Part shown: in pieces, positions 51,311-63,191 of the stretch
Position numbering within the stretch: position 1 is the first letter of the stretch
How the letters are laid out: each line of letters starts with the position of its first letter
From: Octopus sinensis
Taxonomy: Eukaryota
Assembly: GCF_006345805.1 (NCBI RefSeq)
Contig: NC_042998.1
Location: forward strand, 2,914,001-2,978,000
Direction: 5' to 3'
DNA length: 64,000 nt
Notes under the pieces: model-generated
Database searches by the model: none
What the model was told of the DNA's origin: nothing
The model's input: only the letters and a program-made list of their open reading frames with translations
Program-made: the position numbers and the translations under genes

Positions 51311-51366
51311 GATCTTTAGAATCAAGTGTCAAATATCATTCAATAAAATGTGTTCCCCAGGGTTAT

Positions 51367-51785
51367 CTCTCTTTTTACTCTTTTTTTACTCTTTTTACTT
51401 GTTTCAGTCATTTGACTGCGGCCATGCTGGAGCACCGCCTTTAGTCGAGCAAATCGATCCGGGACTTATTCTTTGTAAGCCCAGTACTTATTCTATCGGT
51501 CTCTTTTGCTGAACCGCTAAGTGACGGGGACGTAAACACACCAGCATCGGTTGTCAAGCGCTATTGGGGGGACAAACACATACACACAAACACATACACA
51601 TATACATATATATACATATATACGACAGGCTTCTTTCAGTTTCTGTCTACCAAATCCACTCACAAGGCATTGGTCGGCCCGAGGCTGTAGCAGAAGACAC
51701 TTGCCCAAGATGCCACGCAGTGGGACTGAACCCAGAACCATGTGGTTGGTTAGCAAGCTACTTACCACACAGCCACTCCTACGCC
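51367..51785 (-). mobile_element. SINE family A copy (young)
   Basis: Full-length, near-identical to 11983-12393. Confidence 0.9.
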
Positions 51786-52108
51786 AGTACCTGTGTCAGT
51801 ACCACATTAAAAGTGTCCATGCCAGTGTAATGTTAAAAATACTCAGTGCATTTTATGAAGTGATTGCCATTAGGAAGGGCATCCAGCCATAGAAACCATT
51901 CCAAAACAAACGAAATGGAGCCTGGGGAGCTCTGCAGTTCTAGTCAAACTGGCCAACCTATGCCAGTAGAGAGAACAGACGTTAGAGGACGATGACAATG
52001 ACAACGGAGATGATGACAACTAATAACCTGCTGTTAGAACTCAATAAACATGCTTTAGAGTAAAGCAGGCATTAGGCGAGTACAAAGTGTAATATGAAAT
52101 TAAAAGTA

Positions 52109-52303
52109 TGACAAGGGAACAGGAATTATATGAACAACTTCATTAGTTTACAACTGTTTTGCACTCAAAGCTGAGTGCTTGTGTATCACCCTATAGCTTC
52201 CAAAATGTTAGAAGCATCAAGAAAGCTCAGAGCTCACTGCATCTTATAGCAGAAACAGCTATTAGCTAATGAAGTTGATTATGTAATTCCTGTTCCATTG
52301 TCA
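52109..52303. repeat. Imperfect ~54-bp terminal inverted repeat element
   Basis: tgacaagggaacaggaattatatgaacaacttcattag... matches the reverse complement of ...ctaatgaagttgattatgtaattcctgttccattgtca. Confidence 0.75.
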
Positions 52304-52308
52304 GTCAT

Positions 52309-52538
52309 TTAACCCTTAGGAGATGACAGGGCTGGTCTATCGGTCAAAGAGTCAAATGACAAAGAAGATTTTATTAGTTCATTCAATTTCCTACAAGAAT
52401 ATATATAGTATTATTTTATTTTTTATGATTTTTCTTTTTCCTTGACAAACAAGTGCATGCCCTCTGTAGGGCTTGTGAAAAGGGCTGCCTCTTGTTGGCA
52501 CTGAAACTCCGGATAAAGCTCTGTCTCCAAAGGGTTAA
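52309..52538. mobile_element. piggyBac-like MITE (family 3)
   Basis: TTAA-CCCTTAGGAGA ... TCTCCAAAGGG-TTAA termini. Confidence 0.7.
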
Positions 52539-52852
52539 TATAAATTAATTAATGAAGGCAACAAGCTGGCAGAACCATGAGCATAGCAGGCAAAATGCCT
52601 AGTGCCATTTTGTCCTTTACGTTCTGAGTTCAAATTCCACCAAGATCAACTTTGCCTTTCATCTTTCCAGGGTCAATAAAAAAAGCACCAGCTGAGCTTT
52701 GGGGGCCAATGTAATCAATTTATTCCTCTCCCAAAATTACTGGCCTTGTGCCAAAATTTTCAACCAACATACATTAGTAAGTATCTACTGTGTAACATAA
52801 AACATGCTTCATTTTTGAAATAAGGCATCAACTGCTCTTATATCAAACACCT

Positions 52853-53491
52853 TTAACCCTTTCGATACCAACCCAGCTAAAACCACCTCTGGCTCTGTAG
52901 TACAAATGTCTTGTTTCCATAAGTTTCAAATTAAAATCTTCCACCAAACCTCAGTCACAATTTACGTTCATACATTAGCTTAACGATAACTTATTTTACT
53001 AAATTCTTTGTTATATCTAAAATTGATTGGAAGAAACACAAAGCATCTCAAAATAAATACAGTAGGTGCAGGAGTGGCTGTGTGGTAAGTAGCTTGTTTA
53101 CCAACCACATGGTTCCAGGTTCAGTCCCACTGCGGGGCACCTTGGGCAAGTGTCTTCTACTATAGCCTCGGGCCGACCAATGCCTTGTGAGTGGATTTGG
53201 TAGACAGAAACTGAAAGAAGCCCGTCGTATATATGTATATATATATATATATGTATGTATGTGTATGTGTGTGTCTGTGTTTGTTCCCCCAGCATTGCTT
53301 GACGACCGATGCTGGTGTGTTTATGTCCCCGTCACTTAGCGGTTCGGCAAAAGAGACCGATAGAATAAGTACTGGGCTTACAAAAAGAATAAGTCCCGGG
53401 GTCGATTTGCTCGACTAAAGGCGGTGCTCCAGCATGGCCGCAGTCAACTGACTGAAACAAGTAAAAGAGTAAAGAGTAATGAAAGGGTTAA
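52853..53491. mobile_element. piggyBac-like MITE (family 2) with nested SINE A (53065-53478)
   Basis: TTAA-CCCTTTC ... GAAAGGG-TTAA termini; the SINE is flanked by AGTA. Confidence 0.82.
53065..53478 (+). mobile_element. SINE family A copy (young, full length)
   Basis: Complete head-to-tail match to the other family A copies. Confidence 0.9.
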
Positions 53492-54685
53492 AGTAATAGC
53501 AATGGCCAATTTTCCACATTACTTTCCATCTGTTTTCCTTGGCAATAATTATAATTCCATGTCTCATAATGCCCCCCTTTCAACTGAAAGCACATTCTTA
53601 GACATAAATCCTTGTAGTCTTTTAAAAAGGGCTTAAAATTGTGTCACACAACACAGTACTTCTCAATGTTTGATCATGAGATACAAGCATTCTAAACAGC
53701 AACTGAGAAAACAGAGAGAGTTGCTCTCCCTGATTTTTACAACATTTGCTGTTCATTATTCTTCAAAGTTCTACACTGCCTCATCTGAACTCTCATATAT
53801 GTGTGTGTGTATACTCTTTAAGTCAACATAATTATGTTAGAAAGATAAATTTTGAAAACACATACTTTGAAGAAACCTAAATAAACCACTGTCCACTGTT
53901 TTGAACCAGAAAATTTAATGTATAGCTGCATGTGTGAGTGCATCTATAAGTAGATATTTGGATGAATATCAGCGTCTGTACATATTTATATCTTATGCAT
54001 GTGTGTGTGTGTGTGTGTGTTTGGGGGTACACATGGCCATGTATAAGTTTTACATTGAGAGAGCTTCATAAAGGCCATACATTTCACAAGTTTATGTGGA
54101 TCTGGCAAGATGCAATGTAATATTTAATGAAACAGTTGACCTTACAATGGAAAAGAAGTGGCCAGTTTTGAGTCTACTAAATCTCTGATATTGTGGAATA
54201 CACTTTGCAGAAAAGGAAGACAATACTGAAGGAAAAAGAATTGTCTTATTCCATACAACAGATGCAAATCAGTTCTGCCAACCAAAATTCCCAGACTTGA
54301 ACTTTCTGGTGCTTTTTTTCCACCTTTTTGTTTTGTTACGATACAATAACCTTGTTTCGGTTAATTTATAAAACAATGAAGAATTTGGTAAAATAACTTT
54401 GTCATTATTAAACTGGTGTTAGGAACATAAATTAACACAGAAGTTTGTAATATAGAAGTAGGGGTGGTCTCAGGTGAGTTGGTATTAAAAAGGTCAATAA
54501 CAAAACTTACAATTCAAACTATCAACCTGACCAATGGCCAACAATAGCAACTGCTGAAGTCAAATAATTTCTGATGTCTAAGTAGGCTTAAAAAGGTTAT
54601 AAGCCTGCCTCACAGTAAGCTGCCAAACCAAAACAGGGTTTCTATGTGAACATTCAACCTCTTAAAAATAGCATTCAAATCTCCT

Positions 54686-54912
54686 TTAACCCTTTTATTA
54701 CTGTATTTATTTTGAGATGCTCTGTTTCTTTCAATTACTTTAAATATAACAAAGAATTTAGTAAAATAACTTAGTTATCATTAAGCTAGTGTTAGGAGAA
54801 TAAATTGTGACTAAAGTTTGGTGGAAGATTTTAATTTGAAACTTAAGAAAACAAAGACATTTGTACTCAGAGCTAGAACCAGTTTCAGCCAGGTTGGTAA
54901 CAAAAGGGTTAA
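54686..54912. mobile_element. piggyBac-like MITE (family 2), uninterrupted copy in opposite orientation
   Basis: TTAA-CCCTTTT ... AAAAGGG-TTAA termini. The body is the reverse complement of 52853-53064 plus 53479-53491. Confidence 0.82.
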
Positions 54913-56348
54913 AACATGGTCAGTTGATTTTAAAAAGGAAGACGTATGCATCGAGGATAGTGTAGTCCTAAATAAACCGTACTTTCAGGGTGCAGTGATG
55001 GCTGTGTGGCCAGAAGTTTGCTTCCCAATTACACAGTTCTGGGTTCAGCCCCACTGTGTGGCACCTTGGGCAAGTATCCTCTACTAAAGCTCCAGTCTAA
55101 CCAAAACCATGCGAGAGAATTTGATAGAGGGAAACTGAAAGAAGCCTGTCGTATTTATATGCAAATGTGTGTGTGTGTGTTATTGTCTGCTTGCTTTGAC
55201 ATAACGTGATGGTTGTGAAGGAGTGTTACCATCATGCAAAGGTAGTTCTTCATTTCCAATAATATGTCTGATCATTTGGAAGTAGGTGAGGGTTTACAGC
55301 AGGAAGGTCACCTGCCTCAACAAAATTTTGTCCAACCCATGGAAATTAAAATGATGGTGGTGGAGGAGGTGCAATAGACAATGAGGTTCATGTTTTGAAT
55401 GCTTTTGAATATAGGTCTGCTGAATAAAGGGCTGATCTGATAAGAGCTCAATAACAACAACAACAACATAAGCCTGTTTTAGTATTATAGGGTCATATTC
55501 ATTAGCTGCATGAAGACTGGACATGAAAACAAGTGAGAGGAGCAACAAAATGTGATGGGTTTGAGAGTAGATGCAGTGTTTGCCGATTCATCTGGATTGA
55601 AGAAAGACAACTGGACAGATTCGGTAAAAAGCTGAAGATTTTCCCAGAAAAAGACACTAAAAATTCAATAACACATTTCAAAAAGAACAGAGTACTCAAT
55701 GGCCATGCATTCTTTGATAGATCTCTTACAAAAATTCACTTTTCTTAGTCTGTCTTAGGAAGTATTTTCTTATAAGTAGTGCAAGCCACAGTTTTAGCTA
55801 AATAAAAGTACAACTTCTGGAAAGTCATTTGGTGTTATTCCTTTATGGCATTTAGCAAGGTAAGATATGGGGAAAATACAAGTAGAACAATTGTCTCTAT
55901 TTGTACATTTGGCAATAAATCAGCAAAAAAGCAAATTTATGATAATGGGGCATCCTTAGGAAATCTGGAGAAGTCAATCTAACTAGCAAACATTATAAAT
56001 TCACTTGTAACAATTTTACTTCTTATAATAATCATGTAATTTTTGTGTTGTTAAATACTTCAGAATAAAAGAGTGTGTGTATATCATTTCTAAAAACAAC
56101 CTCCTCTATATAGATTACCCCATAACGTGTGTTTAAAATAATCAAACAACAAAGGTGATTACACTCAATGCAAAAAGTACATTCCAAAAGGTTTGGGCCA
56201 TTATTTTTTTATCTTTATATTTTTTTAAAGAGTTAATAATTTTTAAGAAAATCTTTCTGCAAATATTATGACTGTATCAAGTTTTTTTTTTTTTTAACTT
56301 TTAAATATATCTGAATATACATGCATTATAAACTTGATTTTCACTTAC

Positions 56349-56381
56349 ATAAACAGGAGATTCTTGGGGCGAAAACACCAT
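56349..56381 (-). CDS. AKAP13/ARHGEF28: First coding exon (MVFSPQESPVY) of an AKAP13/ARHGEF28-like RhoGEF gene; whole exon 56349-56392 with 11 nt of 5'UTR
   Basis: Minus strand reads ttattccag|agggttgtctt ATG GTG TTT TCG CCC CAA GAA TCT CCT GTT TAT|gtaagt. The phase-0 donor joins the phase-0 exon at 39522. The peptide resembles the AKAP13 start MKLNPQQAPLY-G (from recall). Too short for the ORF track. Confidence 0.8.
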
Positions 56382-56907
56382 AAGACAACCCTCTGGAATA
56401 AAATGAGAAATAAATAAAGAATGTTTTATTGTTCAAATACAAATGTAGATGACAACAAAAAAAAAAGAAAGAACTCACAATTTTCCACCAAAACAAATAG
56501 AAAGCAAACACAGAAAAAAAAGCAATAATGAAGCAATATAAAGCTTTTTATAAGAGAGACACACCCAAAAAACAATAAAAAAAATAAGGATGATTCAAAT
56601 TTGAATGAAAGTTATGTACACTGACATCATATGTGTATACAATCAACTAAACTATGTATTATTTATGTGGGAGGATCTGTGAGAATTGTAAAAAGGAGAT
56701 AAAAACTTGCTAGGTTTTAAAAATTGAATGTTTTTTTTTAAATCTAAATATTCTAAACTTGTCAAACATCATGGCGAAGACAGAATTATACATGGATGCA
56801 AAGGGGGTGGATTTCAATAACAATTGAAGTGGGGAAGAATTGGAATTTATCAATTTGAGGACCACTAGACTCAACAAAATAGTATTTCTAACAGTAAATC
56901 ATTAATT

Positions 56908-57352
56908 AAGGCTGCAAGTTGGTAGAATTGTTATCATGCTGGGCAAAATGCATTTTGTCCATCTTTAAGTTCTGAGTTCAAAATTCCATCAAGGTTGACT
57001 TTACCTTTCATCCTTTTGGGGTTGATAAAGTAAGTACCAGTCGAGCACAGGGGGTCGAAGTAATCGACTTACCTTCACTCCCAAACTTGCTGGCCTTTTG
57101 CCAAAATTGGACATCAATATTAAATTGTTAGTTAAAGTGGCGAACTTGGCAGAAGAATTAGCATGCCAGGCAAAATGCTTAGTGGAATTTCATCCATCTT
57201 TATGTTCTGAGTTCAAATTCTGCTGAGATTGACTTTGCTTTTATGCTTTCAAGGTCAATAAAATAAGAACCATTTGAACACTGGAGTCAACATAAATGAC
57301 TTAACCCCTCCCCTAAAATGACTGGCCTACTGCCAAAATTTGAAGCCAATAT
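56908..57352 (+). mobile_element. Two tandem SINE family B copies
   Basis: Two successive units with gagttcaaattc B box and gacttt.cctttcatcctttt body. Confidence 0.8.
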
Positions 57353-57380
57353 TAAATCACAAATTAATATTTTGTTTTCT

Positions 57381-57718
57381 GAGACCCCCTTTGGTCATGA
57401 CAGAGACCATGGGATTGCACCTAGAAAGTTACCCTCCGAGGCACAAGTCCGGGCAAGATTGTTTATGGAAGACCATCAGTCGCCCATGCATACCAGCCTC
57501 TCCTCTCCACGCCACGAGTGTTATCCAAGGGAAAGGCAAAGGGGCCGATACAGCTTGGCACCTGTGACGTCGCAACTCATTTCTACAGCTGAGTGAACTG
57601 GAGCAACGTGAAATAAAGTTTCTTGCTCAAGAACACAACATAGAGCCCGGTCTGGGATTTGAGCTCACAACCAGATCATAAGCTCGACACTCTAACCACT
57701 GAGCCATGTGCCTTCACA
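57381..57718 (-). mobile_element. SINE family C-head copy with a third type of tail
   Basis: The minus-strand head ggcacatggctcagtggttagagtgtc...gttgtgttcttgagcaa...tttcacgttgctccagttcactcagctg matches 17152-17283, then diverges. Confidence 0.75.
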
Positions 57719-59255
57719 TCATGGATTTTGTTTTATCGTCAGTGATACTAGGAATGACAGACACTTTTATTTGGAAAACTTCTGTTTGGATGTTTTCTGA
57801 AGAGAAAATTCCTATCTGAGACACTGATTTAAGAGAATGTTTATAAGAGCAGTAACAAATTGACTTACTAATGAGAAATTACAAGATGGCAGAGTTAAGG
57901 TTAGAAGAGGAAAGTTGGGAGGGGGGGGGGCAGGGTTAATGAAATAAAAGTATTTCTGCTCCAGGAATTGATGTTGTGCCAAACATATACTACACTGATA
58001 CTTCCAAAGATTATTTACAGATTGTGAGTATGCAATGCATGCAGTGTCATCACCATCATCATCATCATCAACCATCAGCTTTCCATGCTGGCATGGGTTG
58101 GGTAATTTGACAGGATCCAATAAGCCACAGGCCTGTGTAGTGCTGCAGGGTCTGCTTTGGCACACTTTCAATGGCTGGATACTTTTCCTAATACCAACCA
58201 CTTTACAAGGTGTACTGGATGCCTTTTATCATGCCGCTAGCCTTGGTGAAGGTTGCTAAGTAACTTGCAAGACAGAAGAAAAAAATGAAAATGCCTCCTC
58301 GGCTAAGTGGGGGGCAGGGGGTGCATTGACGATTTGGCACTAGATTCTAATTTTAAGTATTCAAATTTGAATTAACCTCATGGGCATTATTAAATTTAAA
58401 ACAAAAAAAAAGACAAGCTTTTACATTGTTAAACTGCAATAATAAAAATAGTGAATGAAACAGCATGCACAGACCAGCCATCCAGATCAAGGACAACAAT
58501 AAAAGACAATAAAAGACACAAAAAGCCAATTAGCAACGTTTGGTTCAGTTCTAAGATTGCAAAGTTTTGAACAAGTTTTTTTTTTTTTTTTTTTTTTTTG
58601 CTTTTGATTTTGATTTTATCGACAAATACATAACCTGCTTAATAACTATGCTTAATCTGAAATGAAAAACAGTTGAAAGACAAAAGTAATTTTATAAAAA
58701 AAAAAATTTAAAAAAAAAGAGAAAAAAAAAGAAAAAGAAAGAAAGAAAAAAAAAGGAGAAAAAAGAACAATGCATGAGCAATGATAAAAAGATATTTTTA
58801 TTGCAAGCTAAACAAACAAGCTATTTATCATATTTTGTTAAAATCAAACATTAATTGGAAAAAACAACAGTGTAATTGATTGATTGATGAAAAGATGGAT
58901 GGATGGAGACAGACAGACAGACATTAGATTGATATAAACAGATATAAATACATAATCACTTCAGTTTCAACACACGGTCCTAGTCCAAATCACTTGCCAG
59001 GCAAACACAACTGATGCACAAACACACACAAACAAGCATACAATTGCATACACATATACACTCATGCACACACACATACAAACAAAGAATACATTCACAT
59101 TAAGGGCCTCATTTTGCTTGTTATAGTCACAATACTTTAGCTGTTGTATCCTCTGGCCATCTTCAGGGGCCTGCTGTATTCAGTACTATGAAGCAGTGTA
59201 ATAGTGTACATAAGCATTGATTTAGTGCAAAGTGCAATAGTTAAGATAGTGGACA

Positions 59256-59305
<50 letters not shown>

Positions 59306-59522
59306 ATATATAATTGATAAAGGAAACAGAAAATAGATGTAGTACGAATCTTTATTCTTCCATTTCCTTTATAAATTATAAACTCAACAAACACTGTAGA
59401 TTTCTTGACATAAACCCACTGAAAATTGTATCATTACTGTGGATGACATCAGGTAGCCCAAACAGTGAATGTGCTTTAACCAACATACTAATAGACATAT
59501 ATCTCAATTACAAGTAGTTATT

Positions 59523-59556
<34 letters not shown>

Positions 59557-59697
59557 ATATAAAACAAAACCGGAAATGTTTTTGGTATTATTCATTCCCC
59601 ATTACATGCTTCATTTACTAAAAGGAATTTAAAAGCCTTACAAGTTAGATAAACACGTAAAGAATTTCCTATTTACCCTAACTACCTACACAATATA

Positions 59698-59699
<2 letters not shown>

Positions 59700-59761
<62 letters not shown>
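59700..59761. repeat. (TA)n microsatellite
   Basis: Direct reading. Other (TA)n tracts lie at 27371-27428, 59259-59312 and 19653-19694. Confidence 0.97.
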
Positions 59762-59764
<3 letters not shown>

Positions 59765-60334
59765 GAATACAAAAAATGGGACAAGAATGCAAAACATGCA
59801 GACAGATGATACAAAAAAAGGGACAATAAAACATCCAGACAGGGGATACAAAAAAGGGACAAGAAAAAACAAGGATGGGTCATTCGAAGTTTTCTTTCCT
59901 CAGTCAAGTTCCAGATTATCTTTGCAATTTCAGCTGGTTATACTCGAGATTGCTCCAATCTGGCCAGCCCCAAGGAAAAACTAAGTTAAGAGCACTAGAT
60001 TCCTTGGAAGAATGCAGCAAATGTATACAAAAACAAGGACGGGGGGTAGGGGGCGGACAGAGAAATGTCACACAAATGCAAATAACAGGACATTAACAAC
60101 AGGTGTCTTTCAACTAAGGACGAATTAAATTAAGCTGGTGTGTGTGGAAGTGAAGAAGCCTTACAGCAGGGACATAAGAGATGACAGGCATGGGGAGGAA
60201 TATAGATGTTGCAAGGATGGTAGTTGAACCAAGAAAGAAAGGTCAGGCTTGGCCGAACACAGGTCATGTGGAGAGAGAGGAGGGAGGTAGAGGAATAGAA
60301 GAATTAGAGAGAGACTAGAAAAAAGGAAAAGGGA

Positions 60335-60384
<50 letters not shown>

Positions 60385-60659
60385 CAATATGTAAACAAAA
60401 TTGTTTTGTTTTTTGTATCTTTTTGCTTTTGGAATCGTCAAATGTGTATCATGTCATACAGACAAGAAAGTAATATTTCAAATAATAGTATAGATGTAAA
60501 AACACAGCAGAAAGATTGGGTATTTTACCCTTGTATGACGCCTACACTGCATTCAAAATATCACTTACTTGTCTGCATGAGATACACACACACACAAACA
60601 TGTGTAGTGTTAGCTGTTTGTTAAAGGAGTACTCAACACCATCAACACCATAGCAGAGA

Positions 60660-60949
60660 CAGTTCTATATTTAAGAGATGAGGAATTAAGTACACTATTT
60701 ACATTATTTACATTCGACAGGCATATGGCATAGTGGTTAAGAGCGCAGGCTACTAACTCCAAGATTCTGAGTTCAATTCCAAGCAGTGACCTGAACAATA
60801 ATAATAACATCAAAAAATACCTTAGGAATGAGGACCCAGGTTCAAAATTTCCCCAAGATACCTGAAGAAGGCTGGAGGGTATATCAGCCGAAACGTTGTG
60901 TTAACAACAAACAAGATGAAGACAAACATCCGTTGAATGTAAAGAATGT
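60660..60949 (+). mobile_element. Short tRNA-headed, hammerhead-containing element with Penelope-like inverted end and 13-bp TSD
   Basis: TSD ACCATAGCAGAGA at 60647-60659 and 60950-60962. tRNA-like segment at 60720-60792. Hammerhead at 60857-60902. 60700-60718 is the inverted copy of 60932-60950. Confidence 0.8.
60857..60902 (+). ncRNA. Minimal type I hammerhead ribozyme motif
   Basis: gatac-CTGAAGA-a-GGCTG-gagggtatat-CAGCC-GAAAC-GTT-gtgtt. This gives core CUGANGA, a 5-bp stem II, GAAAC, palindromic AACGTT stem III and stem I gatac/gtgtt (two G-U pairs). Confidence 0.7.
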
Positions 60950-61082
60950 ACCATAGCAGAGATTAAGATATTTTGGTCGAGTCCTAACTTGTCTGAAGAT
61001 CTTGTGTAGCTACAGGTGAGATTCAATGTAGCAAGAGACTGGCTTACTCAAAATAATGATTACACGCATGCATGCGTGTGTG

Positions 61083-61115
<33 letters not shown>

Positions 61116-63077
61116 AAAACCCACACACATACACATTGGTTCAAGCAGAATGTGAGAACAAGCAGAGGGGTAATAATTAGGAAAATATTCCTAGGGTGGA
61201 CAATGGAATGTGAATTAATCTATTGCAATAAACTTTAGTAAAGGGAGCAGTTTCAAATTCCAAAAATGTTACCAAATGCATCAGGCAAACTGAAGAATGC
61301 CAGAGAATAGAACAACTGAAACTCTGTGACTGTAATGACCAAGATGACGATGCTAAGTCCAAATATATCAGAGAAGTAATGACAATTCCTCGTCTCAGAA
61401 ATTCAGACAATATCTACATGTGTGCACATGTACACTGTCAAAAACACACAAATATATGTCAAATACAGGACATAGACGTTGAATGATTATGTTGACGATG
61501 ATGATCATGATGTCAATGATGATGATGACAATGATGTCCACATACAAAGAAATATACATACACACATACCTACAGATACATTCATATATTCAAACGCACA
61601 CTTATATATGTACACATACTAACATTATTATTGTTTTAACATGTAGTTTTCCATGAGTAGGATAGAGTTTATTGTGGCAGATATTTCTAAAGTCAGATGC
61701 TCATCCTGTCTCCAACACCCAACTGTTTCCCCCAGGAAGGTAATATTTCCCCTTGGCCAGAAATATTTACACAGAATATTGGAAATGACAATGCTTATAC
61801 GACAGCAACACTCACAACTATTGCATGATGCCAAAACAAGGAAACACAAACGTACACAATCTCGCATACACATATATATTGACACATATGCTTACACACA
61901 CATACATATGCACATACACACACGCACCCAACAAGCGTTTTTCAATTTTTGTCCATCAAATCCACTCACAAAGCTTTGGAGGACATTTTCCTAAAGTGCC
62001 ATGTGATGGGCTTGAACCTGAAACCATGTGGTTGGGAACAAACATCTCAATCATACAGTCACATATGTGTATATAAATATATAAGAGCTAATAATTGGTA
62101 TATATTTGTTGATAACATAAATTGTGTGTATGTGAGAGAGAGAGAGAGAGAGAAAAAGAGACTTGTTTTTAGTACTGTATTTTATAATTATTTAATTTAA
62201 TTTCAAGGACATTTTGTAAAATTCATCAATTTATTATAATCCTGTAATTAATATTTCGTAATATAAGCACAAGGCCTGGAATTTTGTGGGGAAGGAGTTG
62301 TCATTTACATCAACATCAGTGCTCGAATGGTATTTATTTTATTGACCCCGAAAGAACGAAATGCAAAGTCAACCTTGGTGGAATTTGAACTCAGAATGTA
62401 AAGAGCTGGAAAAAATGCTACTAGGCAATTTTTTTCTGGTGTGCTAACGATTTTATCAGTTTGCCGCCTTTTTATTATCCACTGATTAACAGTGCTTGAA
62501 AGATTAGAGTAAACACAAAATTGCTGCTGTTATTGTTGATGTCGTTGTTGTTGCTGCTGCTTAGCACCCATGGAGGATCCCAAAGGTCAAATACTTCCCA
62601 GCCATATCTATTCCACACCAGCACCCTACAGCCAAAATGTACCTAGGATTATATTAGCCAGTGTAGCCTTCCCAACATAAGACAGCAGAATGCAATTCAA
62701 AGAGTGTTTGACTGCTATTGCTAGCAAGTTAGTATGTCCCCTTGCATGTTTTTCATTTGGAAATCCATCTGTTTCTTCTCTTTGACTTTACTGAATTATC
62801 CTACGAGTTCTTCATTTTATCAGTTTTAACCATACGAAATGAGGGCACGGTGGTCATTGTGCTAGGCTCCTGGTGAACTTGCTGTGTCTGTATGTGTGAT
62901 CTCCAATCCCGCCCATGCTCTCTTATGATAATCTATTAAGGTAACCCACGTGTGGCTGAGTGATTAGAGATATTAACAGCATGCGGTTACAGTGTCTAAT
63001 CACACTGGAAAATGAACGATATAATTTAACGGATTGTTTTTAAATGCACTACTGAAAAAATAATCAAATTTGCCTGC

Positions 63078-63110
<33 letters not shown>

Positions 63111-63159
63111 CATATATTCATACATATTTACATACATACACACACATACATTCATATGA

Positions 63160-63191
<32 letters not shown>

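Noticed and set aside
59870-59910. Minus-strand CTGAGGA-aag-aaaa-ctt-CGAA resembling a second hammerhead
   Set aside because: It lacks the GAAA/stem III/NUH arrangement and a convincing stem I; not supportable without a family consensus.
60720-60792. Possible genuine tRNA gene
   Set aside because: A and B boxes are present, but acceptor and anticodon stems pair poorly and there is no T-run terminator. It lies inside a TSD-bounded repeat, so it is treated as a SINE-type head.
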